Shown here: positions 1 through 10,378 of the stretch, piece by piece
Layout of the letters: each line of letters starts with the position of its first letter
Numbering within the stretch: the stretch's first letter is position 1
DNA from: Methylococcales bacterium
Lineage (GTDB): Bacteria > Pseudomonadota > Gammaproteobacteria > JABHGC01
Direction: 5' to 3'
NCBI GenBank assembly: GCA_018672285.1
Contig: JABHGC010000237.1
Coordinates: forward strand, 17,883 to 81,882
Length of the DNA stretch: 64,000 nucleotides
The notes under the pieces: generated by a model
Database searches by the model: none
The model's input: only the letters and a program-made list of their open reading frames with translations
Told to the model about the DNA's origin: nothing
Program-made: the position numbers and the translations under genes

Positions 1-411
1 CATTAATAAATCGCCGTCGCCAGACATCCAGCCAGACTCTGCAACAATCACCCAGGGTGGGAGTTTGTCATCATATACGGTCATGACCGGGTTGGTTATT
101 TCAGTACTGTCCTCATCGATGAAATGAATCATGTTGTCCCCTTTAATTCGATGTTTGGGGGCACCTTTGTCATTCATTGAGGTGGTGGTAAAATTTTCAA
201 GGTAATAGTCTGGAGAGTGGACTGAAACAGGCTTTGATTCTTCAGAGGGCGCGACTTGGTTTAACCAGTGCCAGCTCATACCTGCAACAAACACTAGCGC
301 AACAAACATTAACCCTTTGTTAACCAGGCCGGACAGTGCTGACCACTGGTAGTAGCTTTTAAAAAAGCGAAACCAGCGCACAATGGGATGTTTGATTTGG
401 CGTTTGCTCAT
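1..411 (-). CDS. lptC: LPS export ABC transporter periplasmic protein LptC (partial, runs off the window edge)
   Basis: Manual translation from the ATG at 411: MSKRQIKH...one TM segment...PDYYLENFTTTSMNDKGAPKHRIKGDNMIHF...PPWVIVAESGWMSGDGDLL, open to the edge. Sits directly after kdsC as in the conserved yrbG-kdsD-kdsC-lptC operon. Confidence 0.85.
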   Translation of the reverse strand, partial: MSKRQIKHPIVRWFRFFKSYYQWSALSGLVNKGLMFVALVFVAGMSWHWLNQVAPSEESKPVSVHSPDYYLENFTTTSMNDKGAPKHRIKGDNMIHFIDEDSTEITNPVMTVYDDKLPPWVIVAESGWMSGDGDLLM

Positions 412-412
412 G

Positions 413-958
413 TTATACCAAGTGGCCTGCTAGCTCTGACTCTAGTTTACCATGTCCTTTCAATAATAATTCACAGACTTCACGAGCAGCACCTCGGCCT
501 CCGTTAGAGGGGGTTTGCCAGTGGCTATATTGTAATATATAAGGGTGTGCGTCCTGAACCGCAACTGAAAGCCCACAATTTTGCATGATGGGTAAGTCTA
601 CAACGTCATCACCGACAAAGCAGGTTTCTTCCTTACTTAAGCCTAATTTGGTTAATAGTTTTTCGTAGGCAGGGTACTTAGGTACTTGGCCTTGATAAAC
701 ATGTTCTACATCTAAACTTTTCATGCGGTAGGTAACTACTTTTGACTCACGGCCTGTAATGATGCCAATGTCGATACCGGCATTTTGCAGTAAGCGAAAC
801 CCTAAACCATCTCTTGAGTTAAATGCTTTGTACTCTAAACCATCGTCACCTAAAAATAGGCTGCCATCGGTGAGTACGCCATCCACATCGAATATCACCA
901 TCTTGATTTTAGAGGCGCGTTCTAATACATCGGGGGGAATGACTGCATGTGAGATCAT
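413..958 (-). CDS. kdsC: KDO 8-phosphate phosphatase
   Basis: HAD motifs FDVDGVLTDG and GDDVVDLP, plus GGRGAAREVCE; adjacent to kdsD. Confidence 0.95.
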   Translation of the reverse strand: MISHAVIPPDVLERASKIKMVIFDVDGVLTDGSLFLGDDGLEYKAFNSRDGLGFRLLQNAGIDIGIITGRESKVVTYRMKSLDVEHVYQGQVPKYPAYEKLLTKLGLSKEETCFVGDDVVDLPIMQNCGLSVAVQDAHPYILQYSHWQTPSNGGRGAAREVCELLLKGHGKLESELAGHLV

Positions 959-986
959 AATAATATCCTAATTTAATTGAATCAAG

Positions 987-1973
987 TTACATCACGCCAG
1001 ATTTCAGCATGTCGATCATATTGAGGGCGCCTATGACTTTGTGTTGCTCATCGACAACCATAAATCCGTTAATTTCGTGCTGTTGCATTAAATTGAGCAC
1101 GTCGACCGCCATCATGTCTTGGTGGCAGGTTTTAGGGTTTTTGGTCATGAGCTCTGTGATTGGCGTGGTGCGGCACTCTGCGGTTGAGTCAAGGGCGCGA
1201 CGTAAGTCACCATCAGTGAATAAACCGACTAATTCACCGGCGTTATTTTCGATGGCTGTCATGCCTAAGCCTTTTTTGGACATTTCTAATAAGGCGTCTC
1301 TAATGGTCGCCGTATCGTTGACACGAGGGATATTATTACCGGTATGCATAATGTCGTTAACGGTGAGCAGCAGTCGTTTGCCCAGTGCCCCACCAGGATG
1401 GGAAATGGCAAAGTCTGCTTCAGTGAAGCCTCTGACTTCTAGTAGGGCAATGGCAAGTGCATCCCCCATTGCTAGGGCAGCGGTTGTGCTTGATGTGGGG
1501 GCTAAGCCGAGCGGGCAAGCTTCTTTATCGACCTTAACGGTAATGTGGACATCTGATGCCTGAGCGAGTAGTGATTGATCATTGCCTGTGATGGCAATGA
1601 CTTTGGCTTTCATTCGTTTGATCATCGGGAGTAAAGCGGCGATCTCTTGAGTGGAGCCTGAGTTGGATAATGCGAGTACAACATCGTTGGGAAGCAGCAT
1701 GCCTAAATCACCATGGCTTGCTTCTCCTGGGTGCATAAAAAATGCAGGGGTGCCTGTACTGGCTAATGTGGCGGATATTTTGTTGCCAACATGGCCTGAT
1801 TTGCCCATGCCGGTGACAACAATGCGGCCATCGCAGTTGAGGATCATTTGACAGGCATTGACGAAGTGTTCATCAATAACATTTTCTAATGATGCAACCG
1901 CTTCAGCTTCTGCACGAATAACAGCAGTGCCCAGTTGTTTTAACTGGTCTGCGTGAGATGAGTAGTCAGTCAT
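987..1973 (-). CDS. kdsD: Arabinose 5-phosphate isomerase (KpsF/GutQ family, SIS + 2 CBS)
   Basis: GMGKSGH, HPGEASHGDLG, APTSST and HPGGALG motifs with a C-terminal CBS pair. Confidence 0.95.
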   Translation of the reverse strand: MTDYSSHADQLKQLGTAVIRAEAEAVASLENVIDEHFVNACQMILNCDGRIVVTGMGKSGHVGNKISATLASTGTPAFFMHPGEASHGDLGMLLPNDVVLALSNSGSTQEIAALLPMIKRMKAKVIAITGNDQSLLAQASDVHITVKVDKEACPLGLAPTSSTTAALAMGDALAIALLEVRGFTEADFAISHPGGALGKRLLLTVNDIMHTGNNIPRVNDTATIRDALLEMSKKGLGMTAIENNAGELVGLFTDGDLRRALDSTAECRTTPITELMTKNPKTCHQDMMAVDVLNLMQQHEINGFMVVDEQHKVIGALNMIDMLKSGVM

Positions 1974-2021
1974 ATTATTGTTCTTATTTTTTTAGGTTAT
2001 GAACTGAATTTAATGGTTGTC

Positions 2022-2999
2022 TTAAGCGACAATATTTTTAAGCGTACCATAGAGTATATATTGATATCCGCAGAACGCGAGTAACAATGCAAAACCTTCT
2101 AGTCGATTGATCCTTCCTCGGCCTGATATGCCAAAACCCATAACAAACATGGCGATGGTTAAACCAATCATCACCGGGAAGTCTCGTTCGAGGACGCCGC
2201 TATCGAAAGTCCCGGGTGCAACTAAAGCGGGAACCGCCATGACGGCGAGTAAGTTGTACATGTTAGAGCCAATAATATTGCCGATGGCAATATCGGGTTC
2301 TTTCTTAAGGGCGCTAATCACTGATGCGGCAAGTTCAGGTAGGCTTGTGCCTATTGCAATAATGGTTAAGCCGATAACCAGTTTGCTGACACCATAGTGA
2401 TCTGCTACAGCCACTGCATTTTCAACTAACAGCTGTGAGCCGGCAAGGAGTAAACCCAGTCCTACGATGAACCAAAAGCCAGAAATTCTAAAGGGCACAA
2501 CCTCGTTAAATTCCGTTTCGTATTCGATTTGAATTGGGTCATCTTGATTGCCTCTTTTGCTGAGGAAAAATAACCAAGTCAGGACAAAAATGAGGCCGGA
2601 TAATAAAATGATGCCGTCAAGTTGGCTTAATTCACCGTCCATCATGAGCGCAAGTGCGGCAAGACTTACAGCTAACAGCAGTGGAAACTCACGGCTCAGA
2701 GTGGAGGATTGCATAGCCAGAGGCATAACCAGTGCTGTTGCACCGAGCACTAAACCAATGTTGGCAATATTGGAACCCAGCGCATTGCCTATAGCGATGG
2801 CAGGATTGCCTTCGAGCGATGCGTTCAAAGAAACAATAATCTCTGGGGCAGAGGTGCCAAAACCTACGATGATGAGACCGACGAGTAGGGGCGAAACCCC
2901 CATGGATCTAGCAATGCCTGAGGCGCCTTGGATAAAGCGGTCTGCACCCCAAATTAAAACGGCGAAACCGAGAATGATATAGGCATAGTTCAATAACAT
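2022..2999 (-). CDS. yrbG: Calcium/sodium antiporter (YrbG family)
   Basis: Two alpha repeats GTSAPE and GTSLPE, with GNALGSN and GNIIGSN; conserved position upstream of kdsD. Confidence 0.9.
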   Translation of the reverse strand: MLLNYAYIILGFAVLIWGADRFIQGASGIARSMGVSPLLVGLIIVGFGTSAPEIIVSLNASLEGNPAIAIGNALGSNIANIGLVLGATALVMPLAMQSSTLSREFPLLLAVSLAALALMMDGELSQLDGIILLSGLIFVLTWLFFLSKRGNQDDPIQIEYETEFNEVVPFRISGFWFIVGLGLLLAGSQLLVENAVAVADHYGVSKLVIGLTIIAIGTSLPELAASVISALKKEPDIAIGNIIGSNMYNLLAVMAVPALVAPGTFDSGVLERDFPVMIGLTIAMFVMGFGISGRGRINRLEGFALLLAFCGYQYILYGTLKNIVA

Positions 3000-3031
3000 G
3001 CGTGTGTTTGGTTAACCTGTTGTCTGTGATT

Positions 3032-3217
3032 TTAGTGGCTTTTCGTTTTACTTGCGTTGCAGCGAGAGCAGCGATAAACCGTAATTAGCTTGCCTGTTTT
3101 TACATCAAAGGGTTGATGCTTGTCTACCACCCATTTATGCAGGCCGTTTTTGCACAAACTTTTACCTTTATGCTTTTCTTTTAAGCTTTTCTTTTTAAAG
3201 GGGATAACATCTCCCAT
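3032..3217 (-). CDS. Small basic protein, possible Zn-binding (C-x4-H...CxxC)
   Basis: 61 aa; MGDVIPFK start; LCKNGLHKW...YRCSRC; AGGA upstream of the ATG; fills an otherwise empty gap. Confidence 0.7.
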   Translation of the reverse strand: MGDVIPFKKKSLKEKHKGKSLCKNGLHKWVVDKHQPFDVKTGKLITVYRCSRCNASKTKSH

Positions 3218-3421
3218 GAGTAATCCTGTTGTTTTGATTTTTATATCAGTAAACTGATTTTAGTGTAAGAGATTGCTTTCAACTCTTCCAATAATATGGC
3301 GGTTTTAGTCGAAAAAATCTGACTTATTATATCAGCATAGATGAGCAAAAACTTGTCTATGTTAAATCAAAGTAATACGATAATATGATTATAGTTAATA
3401 CTGATGTTTGAGGTGAATTCT

Positions 3422-3856
3422 ATGACTGATGTGCATCCTTTTTTAGCGTTATTTCGTGGTGATTTTTATGGCATGTTACGTTGGGAGCAGTTAGACACCC
3501 TTTGGGGGGTAATGCGTCAAGACGCGCAAAAACATTGGCATATTTATCATGTGGGTGATGCGCCACCAGAAGGGCCAATTGACCACCCAAAATTACTTGA
3601 ATTTATTACTCACATCGATGAGTTACTGCATAAAGAACATCAGGAAGAGTATTGTGGTGTGGTGTATGTTGATAACCCGAAAGACCCCGCATTTGTAAAG
3701 GTGTTTGATCCTAACAATCTAGGTGTGTCTTGTGGGTTTAGTGATAACCCACCATTGCCGGGTTGGATTTTGTCTTTGCAAACGCCTATAGACTTGCCAG
3801 AAGCCATTAAGCCTGCAAAAAATCGGCAGCGGTGGTGGCAGAAGATATTTGATTAG
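3422..3856 (+). CDS. Hypothetical protein
   Basis: Protein-like ORF (HQEEYCGVVY, KVFDPNNLGVSCGFSDNPPLPGW). Start placed at ATG 3422 behind a GAGGTG Shine-Dalgarno; the ORF track starts at 3404. Confidence 0.75.
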   Translation: MTDVHPFLALFRGDFYGMLRWEQLDTLWGVMRQDAQKHWHIYHVGDAPPEGPIDHPKLLEFITHIDELLHKEHQEEYCGVVYVDNPKDPAFVKVFDPNNLGVSCGFSDNPPLPGWILSLQTPIDLPEAIKPAKNRQRWWQKIFD

Positions 3857-3871
3857 TTTTTGAGCTTGAGT

Positions 3872-3997
3872 GGTCGGGACTGCGGGAAGTGATACTTTTT
3901 TCAGCCGCTGGTATCCACTGGTTTTGTTTTATTTGTTCAGATATGTGCCTGTCCGTTTAGATTCACCGGCTGAAAAAAGATCACTCCCCTCCGGCCT
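3872..3997. repeat. Long imperfect inverted repeat between convergent genes
   Basis: GGGAAGTGATACTTTTTTCAGCCG (3884-3907) pairs with CGGCTGAAAAAAGATCACTCCC (3967-3988) with two single-base bulges; imperfect pairing extends on both sides. Confidence 0.7.
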
Positions 3998-4110
3998 TCT
4001 GGCAGGGAAGTTAACTTCAAAAATGCCAAACCCAAAACAAAATTTAACCTGCGGCCTGTTGAAACACCGTCAATTTAATTTAGCTTCTTTCTTTAAAAAA
4101 TCACTAATGG

Positions 4111-4764
4111 TTACCGCAAAGAAATCATTGGCCAATCATTGTCTTTAGCGTAATCAGTTAACTTCTCATCTGCATCAACGACCACTGGATGGGTGACTTG
4201 TTTAAGTAGCGGTAAATCATTGTGGGAGTCGCTATAAAACGTACTGTTCTCTAAGTTGTGACCTTTTTCGGTTAACCATTCGTTTAAGCGCTCAACTTTC
4301 CCCTCTTGGAAGCAGGGCGTTCCGGCAACATTCCCTGTGTAACGATTATCGACGATTTCGGGCATGGTGGCGAGAATGTGCGGAATGCCTAAATATTCTG
4401 CGATGGGAGCTGTAACAAAATGGTTGGTGGCGGTAATAATCAATAAAGTATCACCTTGTGCTCTATGTTTCTCGATAAGGGCTTTGGCTTTAGGCAGCAT
4501 AATACTGTCGATTTTGGTGGCCATAAAACCTTGGTGGCGCTCATTGAGCACTTCCATGCTGTCTGAACTTAGGGCGCTTAAAGAAAAAGCCAAAAACTCA
4601 TTAATATCTAAAACACCGCGTTTGTATTCATCATAAAAACGGTCATTGCTGGTTTTGTAGAGCGCTTTGTCCACGAGCCCTTGCTCGACTAAATATTCGC
4701 CCCATAAATGGTCGCTGTCGCCCGCTATTAAAGTGTTGTCTAAATCAAAGATGGCTAGTGGCAC
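4111..4764 (-). CDS. HAD-IB family phosphatase (possibly histidinol-phosphatase)
   Basis: FDLDNTL, ITATN and FYSDSHNDLPLL motifs; divergent from rppH, a common arrangement. Confidence 0.85.
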   Translation of the reverse strand: MPLAIFDLDNTLIAGDSDHLWGEYLVEQGLVDKALYKTSNDRFYDEYKRGVLDINEFLAFSLSALSSDSMEVLNERHQGFMATKIDSIMLPKAKALIEKHRAQGDTLLIITATNHFVTAPIAEYLGIPHILATMPEIVDNRYTGNVAGTPCFQEGKVERLNEWLTEKGHNLENSTFYSDSHNDLPLLKQVTHPVVVDADEKLTDYAKDNDWPMISLR

Positions 4765-4846
4765 GGTTTTGTCCTCGGGATAATTTGCCTAAATCGTATA
4801 AAAAGACCACACTATTAGCAACTTGAGATTTATGTGGTGAGATATC

Positions 4847-5428
4847 GTGATTGATGCCGAAGGTTTTCGGCCGAATGTGGGTATTATTTTGGTTAACCGA
4901 GAAGGCAAGGTCTTCTGGGCGAGGCGAAAGGGTCAGCACGCTTGGCAGTTTCCCCAAGGTGGGATTGAAGTAGATGAAAACCCTGTGCAGGCAATGTATC
5001 GCGAGCTGTATGAAGAGTCTGGTCTAAAACCTGAGCATGTCGAGATCATTGGTTGTACCAAAGGTTGGTTAAGATACCGTTTGCCCAAGAAATTTTTACG
5101 AAAAAACAGTGTGCCATTGTGCATTGGGCAGAAGCAAGTTTGGTTTTTGCTGCGAATGGTTGAAGTCGATGATTGTGTTCAGTTAAATGCAACAGACAGT
5201 CCTGAGTTTGATGCGTGGCGGTGGGCTTTTTATTGGTTGCCAGTGAAAGAGGTGGTGTTTTTTAAGCGGCAAATTTATCACAAAGCTTTGTTTGAGTTGG
5301 CACCATTGATTTTTGATGAAGAGAAAAAACGCAATTGCCCTAAGAAATATTTAGAGGATAAGCCACATCGCAGAAGGTCTATGCATTCGCTTAGGCGTAA
5401 GCAAAGTGAACGTCGGGACGATCAGTAG
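4847..5428 (+). CDS. rppH: RNA pyrophosphohydrolase
   Basis: [15 protein letters not shown], Nudix box WQFPQGG...[22 protein letters not shown]. Confidence 0.95.
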   Translation: MIDAEGFRPNVGIILVNREGKVFWARRKGQHAWQFPQGGIEVDENPVQAMYRELYEESGLKPEHVEIIGCTKGWLRYRLPKKFLRKNSVPLCIGQKQVWFLLRMVEVDDCVQLNATDSPEFDAWRWAFYWLPVKEVVFFKRQIYHKALFELAPLIFDEEKKRNCPKKYLEDKPHRRRSMHSLRRKQSERRDDQ

Positions 5429-6216
5429 CCAGCCGAAACCATATCAATGCCTTCCGGCAGTTTGTCCAACCTTTTGATGTTGGTCTCCATTTGTCCATTC
5501 TCAAAAAAAGTGAGGTGCCGGTAACCTGGTGGAACGTTATCTAGGGCAAACTCTGTGCTGTGAGGCTTGAATTGAATACAAGTTGATGGTGCCGTGTACA
5601 ACGGGATCTCATGTGCTAAAAAAATGTGTGCTTGGTGCACGTGACCACAGAGCATTAGGTCTACTTGTTTTGGCGTGATGGCATTATAGAGAAGTTCAGG
5701 GTTATCAATGGCCATGGTGTCTAGCCATTGGCTGCCAACATGGATTGGGTTGTGGTGCATGCAAATCACGGTGTGCATGTCAGAGTCTAGGTACTTCCCG
5801 AGTTGTTTTATTTCATCGTCTTTAAAGCGACCGCTTGCGCTATTTGGAATGTTTGTGTCGAGCATGATGAACTGCCACTTCCCTACACTAAACTGCGGTA
5901 TGAATTTCACAAACTCGGTATTAAAGTGTTTGGCCATGAGTCTGGATTCGTCATGATTTCCAGGTAGGCAATAAGTTGGGATGCCGATGCTGTCTAGAGT
6001 GTCGATAATACGCTTGTACCCGGCTAAATGGCCGTCTTGTACAATGTCGCCCGTTAATAAAAAAAAGTCGATGTGCTCTATTGTGTCTAACGCGTGCTGT
6101 AGGGTTGCGTCAAAACTTTGCTGAGTGTTTAAGCCAAGTAACTTTTCTTCAACTGTTTCAAAGAGATGGGTGTCACTTAGCTGAGCTACGCTGAGTGCGT
6201 TTGTTTGAGTTGTCAT
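5422..6216 (-). CDS. cpdA: 3',5'-cyclic AMP phosphodiesterase
   Basis: Metallophosphoesterase motifs SDTH, TGD, PGNHD, HH, CGHVHQ; PSTCIQF; C-terminal GY. Confidence 0.9.
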   Translation of the reverse strand: MTTQTNALSVAQLSDTHLFETVEEKLLGLNTQQSFDATLQHALDTIEHIDFFLLTGDIVQDGHLAGYKRIIDTLDSIGIPTYCLPGNHDESRLMAKHFNTEFVKFIPQFSVGKWQFIMLDTNIPNSASGRFKDDEIKQLGKYLDSDMHTVICMHHNPIHVGSQWLDTMAIDNPELLYNAITPKQVDLMLCGHVHQAHIFLAHEIPLYTAPSTCIQFKPHSTEFALDNVPPGYRHLTFFENGQMETNIKRLDKLPEGIDMVSAGY

Positions 6217-6260
6217 TCAGTTTTTCGGCTTTTTTTAAAGTTGTCTCTATAAAACCTAGG

Positions 6261-7562
6261 TTAAATCTGAATAGCTTTCAATAAAATCTTAGAGTTACGT
6301 TGATAGTTATACAGTTCTGCGCGCTCTACAGGGATTTTTTCTAAGTCCGTTTCTGCAAAACCTCGCTCAATAAACCAGTGTGATGATTGGGTTGTGAAGA
6401 CCAATATGCGCTGAATATTGTCTTGCTGGGCAAGCAGGGTCATGTGCTGCAGTAAGTTATCTCCACGGTTCGCGCGGTGATAGTTGGTATCGATGGCCAG
6501 GCAGGCAAGTTCTGCGGTGGCATCATTTGGGAATAAATGTAGCGCAGCACAGCCGATAACCATGTTGTCTCTTTCTATCACCACAAAATCGTCTATTTCT
6601 CTTTCAATGTGCTCTCTTGAACGCCGGATGAGGATGCCCTCTGCTTCCAAGGGTTCGATTAATTGCAGAATGCCGGTGATGTCATCAACGCTTGCACTGC
6701 GAATTTGTTCAAACGGTTGCTGAGTGACGAGAGTACCAGAGCCATCACAAGTGAAGAGCTCTTTGATGAGCGCGCCATCTTCTGTGCCGTTAATAATGTG
6801 AGTCCGGTTAATGCCGTTGTCACACGCCAAGGCTGCCGCATTTAATGTGTGCTGTAAATCTGGGTTATTGATGACGGCAGCTCTTGCATCATCAGGGCTT
6901 AGCTCAGTTGTTAGGTCTTTGGATGCATTGACGGCGGGTTCATTGATGCCATATATGAGTTTGTTTGCCTGGAGCGCAATGGCGCAGGATTGAGCAACTT
7001 CTTCGACATTTAAATTGAATATTTCGCCCGTAGGTGAAAAGCCAATCGGGGGGAGTAAAATAATGTTGTCCATGTCGAGCAGTAGGCCAATGGCTTTGGT
7101 GTTGACCTTTCTAACTTGGCCGGTGTGTTGGTGGTCTATACCGTCTCTAATGCCGACGGGTTTTGCGGTAATAAAATTACCGTTGATGGCTTTGATTTCG
7201 GTGCCAGCCATTGGCGTATTGCTCAAGCTGTAGGTGAACCTAGCCTGTAAATCTAAGGTCATTGAGCCAATAATAGGGACAATGACATCCATCGCTGCCT
7301 GTGTGGTGACGCGAATGTTGTGGTGGTAGTCATTGGGCAGTTTGGCGTGCTTAAGGCTTTTGTCAATTTGTGGTCGAGCGCCAAAAGCAATGACCAGCTT
7401 AATACCGAGGCTGTTTAATAAAGCCAAGTCGTGAATTAAGTTGGTGAGCTGTGGGTGGTCAAATAAATGACCATTTATGCTGATAACAAATGTATTGCCT
7501 TGATGTGCGCGAATGTAAGGGGATGAGTGCCGAAAGGCATCAATAAAATTTTGATTAGTCAT
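6261..7562 (-). CDS. argA: Amino-acid N-acetyltransferase (N-acetylglutamate synthase)
   Basis: FRHSSPYIRAH, kinase-like domain plus GNAT domain (ELACLA, HWFIERGF, YNYQRNSK). Confidence 0.95.
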   Translation of the reverse strand: MTNQNFIDAFRHSSPYIRAHQGNTFVISINGHLFDHPQLTNLIHDLALLNSLGIKLVIAFGARPQIDKSLKHAKLPNDYHHNIRVTTQAAMDVIVPIIGSMTLDLQARFTYSLSNTPMAGTEIKAINGNFITAKPVGIRDGIDHQHTGQVRKVNTKAIGLLLDMDNIILLPPIGFSPTGEIFNLNVEEVAQSCAIALQANKLIYGINEPAVNASKDLTTELSPDDARAAVINNPDLQHTLNAAALACDNGINRTHIINGTEDGALIKELFTCDGSGTLVTQQPFEQIRSASVDDITGILQLIEPLEAEGILIRRSREHIEREIDDFVVIERDNMVIGCAALHLFPNDATAELACLAIDTNYHRANRGDNLLQHMTLLAQQDNIQRILVFTTQSSHWFIERGFAETDLEKIPVERAELYNYQRNSKILLKAIQI

Positions 7563-8703
7563 GGGCTTGCACGCAATATCGATGAATCATTTGTTGTAAA
7601 AGGTGTACGGTTGGGTTGAATTGATCTAAGCGAATAAACTCGTCAGGTTGATGGGCTTGATCAATGCTCCCTGGGCCAAGGACGATGGTGTCCATCCCCA
7701 TTTGTTTAAGATAGGGGGCTTCTGTACCAAAAGCAACGGCTTCGGCTGTTGCCCCCGTTAATTGTTCTGCCGCTTTCACAATGTCCTTATTGGCATCGGT
7801 TTCTACCGCAGGAATGCCATCAAACAAAGCGGATTGGGTAATGCTAAAGGGGCTGTCTTTAGCAACCGCTTGTAGCTTGAGGCTTAAGGTCTCTCGTAAA
7901 TTGTCTAAGCTCATGCCTGGAAGTGGGCGTAGATCAATGTGTAGCTCGCAAGCGCCACAGATACGGTTGGGGTTGTCACCGCCATGTATGTGACCAAAAT
8001 TTAGGGTTGGGTGGGGCACAGCAAAAGCCGGGTTTTGGTGTTTTTGCTGTAACTCATTGCGCCAGTGTGAAAGGGTGGCTAATACGTCGACCATGCCTTC
8101 AATGGCGTTGTGCCCTAAATCTGGGTTGCTAGAGTGGCCTGCTAGCCCTTGGATGTGGATTTTTTCCATTAAAATGCCTTTGTGCATCCTAATGGGTTTT
8201 AAATTGGTTGGTTCACCAATGATGGCATGCCGTGGCTTGCTAAGAGGATAGTTGAGTAGCGCTTTAGCACCCGACATGGTGGTCTCTTCATCTGCTGTGG
8301 CTAAGATGATTAACGGGCGTTTAAAATCCTGGCTATTAAAGGTTTTGATGGCTTCTATCGCAAAGGCAAAAAACGACTTCATGTCGCAGGTGCCAAGGCC
8401 ATAAAATTTATGATCTTGTTCGGTAATTTTAAAGGGGTCGCATGTCCAGCGCTCAAGATCGTAAGGAACGGTGTCAGTGTGGCCTGATAGAACCAATCCA
8501 CCTGAGCCTGTACCGATGGTGGCAATTAGGTTTTTTTTGCCTAATGAGACGGTTTGCAGCTCAACTTTAAAGTCGAGTGTTTTAAACCAGTCTGCAAGCA
8601 GATGGATGACAGCCTCGTTGCTGGTGTCTAGCTCCGGTTTTGTGCTGCTCACCGACGGTGCTGCAATCAGTTGTTTAATGAGGTCGGGTAGTGCTGGAAG
8701 CAT
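7555..8703 (-). CDS. argE: Acetylornithine deacetylase
   Basis: GHTDTVP, GLGTCDMK, ADEE, GEPT, FGTEA, AHQPDE; overlaps the argA start. Confidence 0.95.
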   Translation of the reverse strand: MLPALPDLIKQLIAAPSVSSTKPELDTSNEAVIHLLADWFKTLDFKVELQTVSLGKKNLIATIGTGSGGLVLSGHTDTVPYDLERWTCDPFKITEQDHKFYGLGTCDMKSFFAFAIEAIKTFNSQDFKRPLIILATADEETTMSGAKALLNYPLSKPRHAIIGEPTNLKPIRMHKGILMEKIHIQGLAGHSSNPDLGHNAIEGMVDVLATLSHWRNELQQKHQNPAFAVPHPTLNFGHIHGGDNPNRICGACELHIDLRPLPGMSLDNLRETLSLKLQAVAKDSPFSITQSALFDGIPAVETDANKDIVKAAEQLTGATAEAVAFGTEAPYLKQMGMDTIVLGPGSIDQAHQPDEFIRLDQFNPTVHLLQQMIHRYCVQAHD

Positions 8704-8707
8704 GGCG

Positions 8708-9391
8708 TTAGCCTAAGTAAGAATCGCCGCCCCAAGATCCACTACGCTTTTTAGCGCCCAGTCTAGGTAGGATTAACCCCAGAAATAAGCCGAAAACGAT
8801 GGTGCCTGCGCCAAGCATGAATAAGACGTTACGATCAGATTGTTCCAAAATTTCATTGCGTTGAGAGACTTTTTTGAATTTTTGTTCGGTGATTTCTAAG
8901 GTGGCCTTTAGTTCATTGCGCTCTCTTTCAATCATGAGTGCATTTGAGGCTTTTTGTCTAATATCAGTCAGTTCTTCTGTTAAGGTTTTGTTTTGGAATA
9001 AATTTTGTTGTAAAGATTGGTTGGCTGATTCGTACTCGTTGGTCACTTTTTCAAACGCGCTGGTGATATCGTCAAGCTGCTTTTGTAAAGCTGCATTTTT
9101 TTCTTGAGCAATGATGAGGCCCTTTCTTGCGCTGGGCTGTTTGTCCAGCTGCCTGGTTAAGACCCAACCAGATTTACCCGATTTAAGTTTTACTTGAGAG
9201 TAACCTGATGATTTATCACGGGAAACAACTGTTAGTGGTGTGCCGCTTCGGAGTGTGGCTGTGATTTTATTGGCAGTGCTTGGCCCGCTTCGCATGTTGA
9301 TTTTTAATCGATCGGAAACATAGAGCGTTTGAGCAAAACTGTGTGTAGAAAAGAGCAGTAAGCAGATGAAGGTTACTAAGGTACGTTTCAC
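8708..9391 (-). CDS. SH3b-domain protein (YgiM/TIGR04211-like) with coiled coil and C-terminal TM
   Basis: Signal peptide, YVSD...MRSGPS...GWV SH3b domain, coiled coil, TM helix and basic tail. Confidence 0.85.
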   Translation of the reverse strand: MKRTLVTFICLLLFSTHSFAQTLYVSDRLKINMRSGPSTANKITATLRSGTPLTVVSRDKSSGYSQVKLKSGKSGWVLTRQLDKQPSARKGLIIAQEKNAALQKQLDDITSAFEKVTNEYESANQSLQQNLFQNKTLTEELTDIRQKASNALMIERERNELKATLEITEQKFKKVSQRNEILEQSDRNVLFMLGAGTIVFGLFLGLILPRLGAKKRSGSWGGDSYLG

Positions 9392-9456
9392 TATGATTCC
9401 TAATTGTTATTATTTTTTTCCTAAGTATGAGTAGGTTATAGCTCAGTTTTAGAAAA

Positions 9457-10359
9457 TTAGGCAAGCAAAAACTCGAGTAATGCTTTTTGGGCGTGGAGGC
9501 GATTTTCAGCTTCGTCCCAAATCACACTCTGTGGGCCGTCAATTACGTCAGCGGTGACTTCTTCACCGCGGTGTGCGGGCAGGCAGTGCATGAACAAGGC
9601 ATCAGCTCTGGCTTGTTGCATTACAGACTGGTTCACTTGGAAGCCGGCAAACGCAATTTCACGCTTCTTCTGTTCTTCCTCTTGCCCCATGCTCGCCCAG
9701 ACATCGGTGACGATTAAATCAGAGTCTGTTGAGGCTTGTTTTGCATCATGGCAAATGTTGATGTGGTCTTTAGTATTGGCAATAATTTCAGGATAGGGCG
9801 TGTAGTCTTCTGGGCAGGCAATATTGAGGGTAAAACCAAACTGTTTGGCCGCATTCATATAGGAATGGCACATATTGTTGCCATCTCCAATCCAGGTAAC
9901 TGTTTTGCCTTTAATGCTACCGCGGTGCTCTTGGTAGGTTTGTACGTCGGCTAGAAGCTGGCAAGGGTGAAAGTCATCTGTGAGTGCATTAATGACGGGC
10001 ACGCTTGAGTTCTCAGCAAAAAAAGCCAATTGTTTGTGGGAAAATGTACGGATGGTAATGCAGTCCACCATGCTGGATAACACGCGCGCGGTGTCTTCTA
10101 GTGGCTCGCCTCGGCCAAGCTGAATATCTCGGGGAGATAAAAAAAGTGCTTTGCCACCAAAGTGAATCATACCGGTTTCAAAAGAAACACGAGTACGAGT
10201 GGAGGACTTTTCAAAAATCATCCCCAGTACTTTGTTTTTAAGGGGCTCAAAAATGTCACCCTGCTTGTACGCGGTTTTGATTTCGATGGCTCGATCCATC
10301 ATAGCGTTGAGTTCAGCGGGGGTTAAATCTAATAGCGAGAGAAAGTGACGAGTAGTCAT
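9457..10359 (-). CDS. argF: Ornithine carbamoyltransferase
   Basis: [30 protein letters not shown]. Confidence 0.97.
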   Translation of the reverse strand: MTTRHFLSLLDLTPAELNAMMDRAIEIKTAYKQGDIFEPLKNKVLGMIFEKSSTRTRVSFETGMIHFGGKALFLSPRDIQLGRGEPLEDTARVLSSMVDCITIRTFSHKQLAFFAENSSVPVINALTDDFHPCQLLADVQTYQEHRGSIKGKTVTWIGDGNNMCHSYMNAAKQFGFTLNIACPEDYTPYPEIIANTKDHINICHDAKQASTDSDLIVTDVWASMGQEEEQKKREIAFAGFQVNQSVMQQARADALFMHCLPAHRGEEVTADVIDGPQSVIWDEAENRLHAQKALLEFLLA

Positions 10360-10378
10360 AGAACAATATCCATCGCCT

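Noticed and set aside
3870-4148. 92-aa ORF across the inverted repeat
   Set aside because: No RBS, overlaps the HAD gene end and has no recognisable motif; better explained as non-coding structured DNA.
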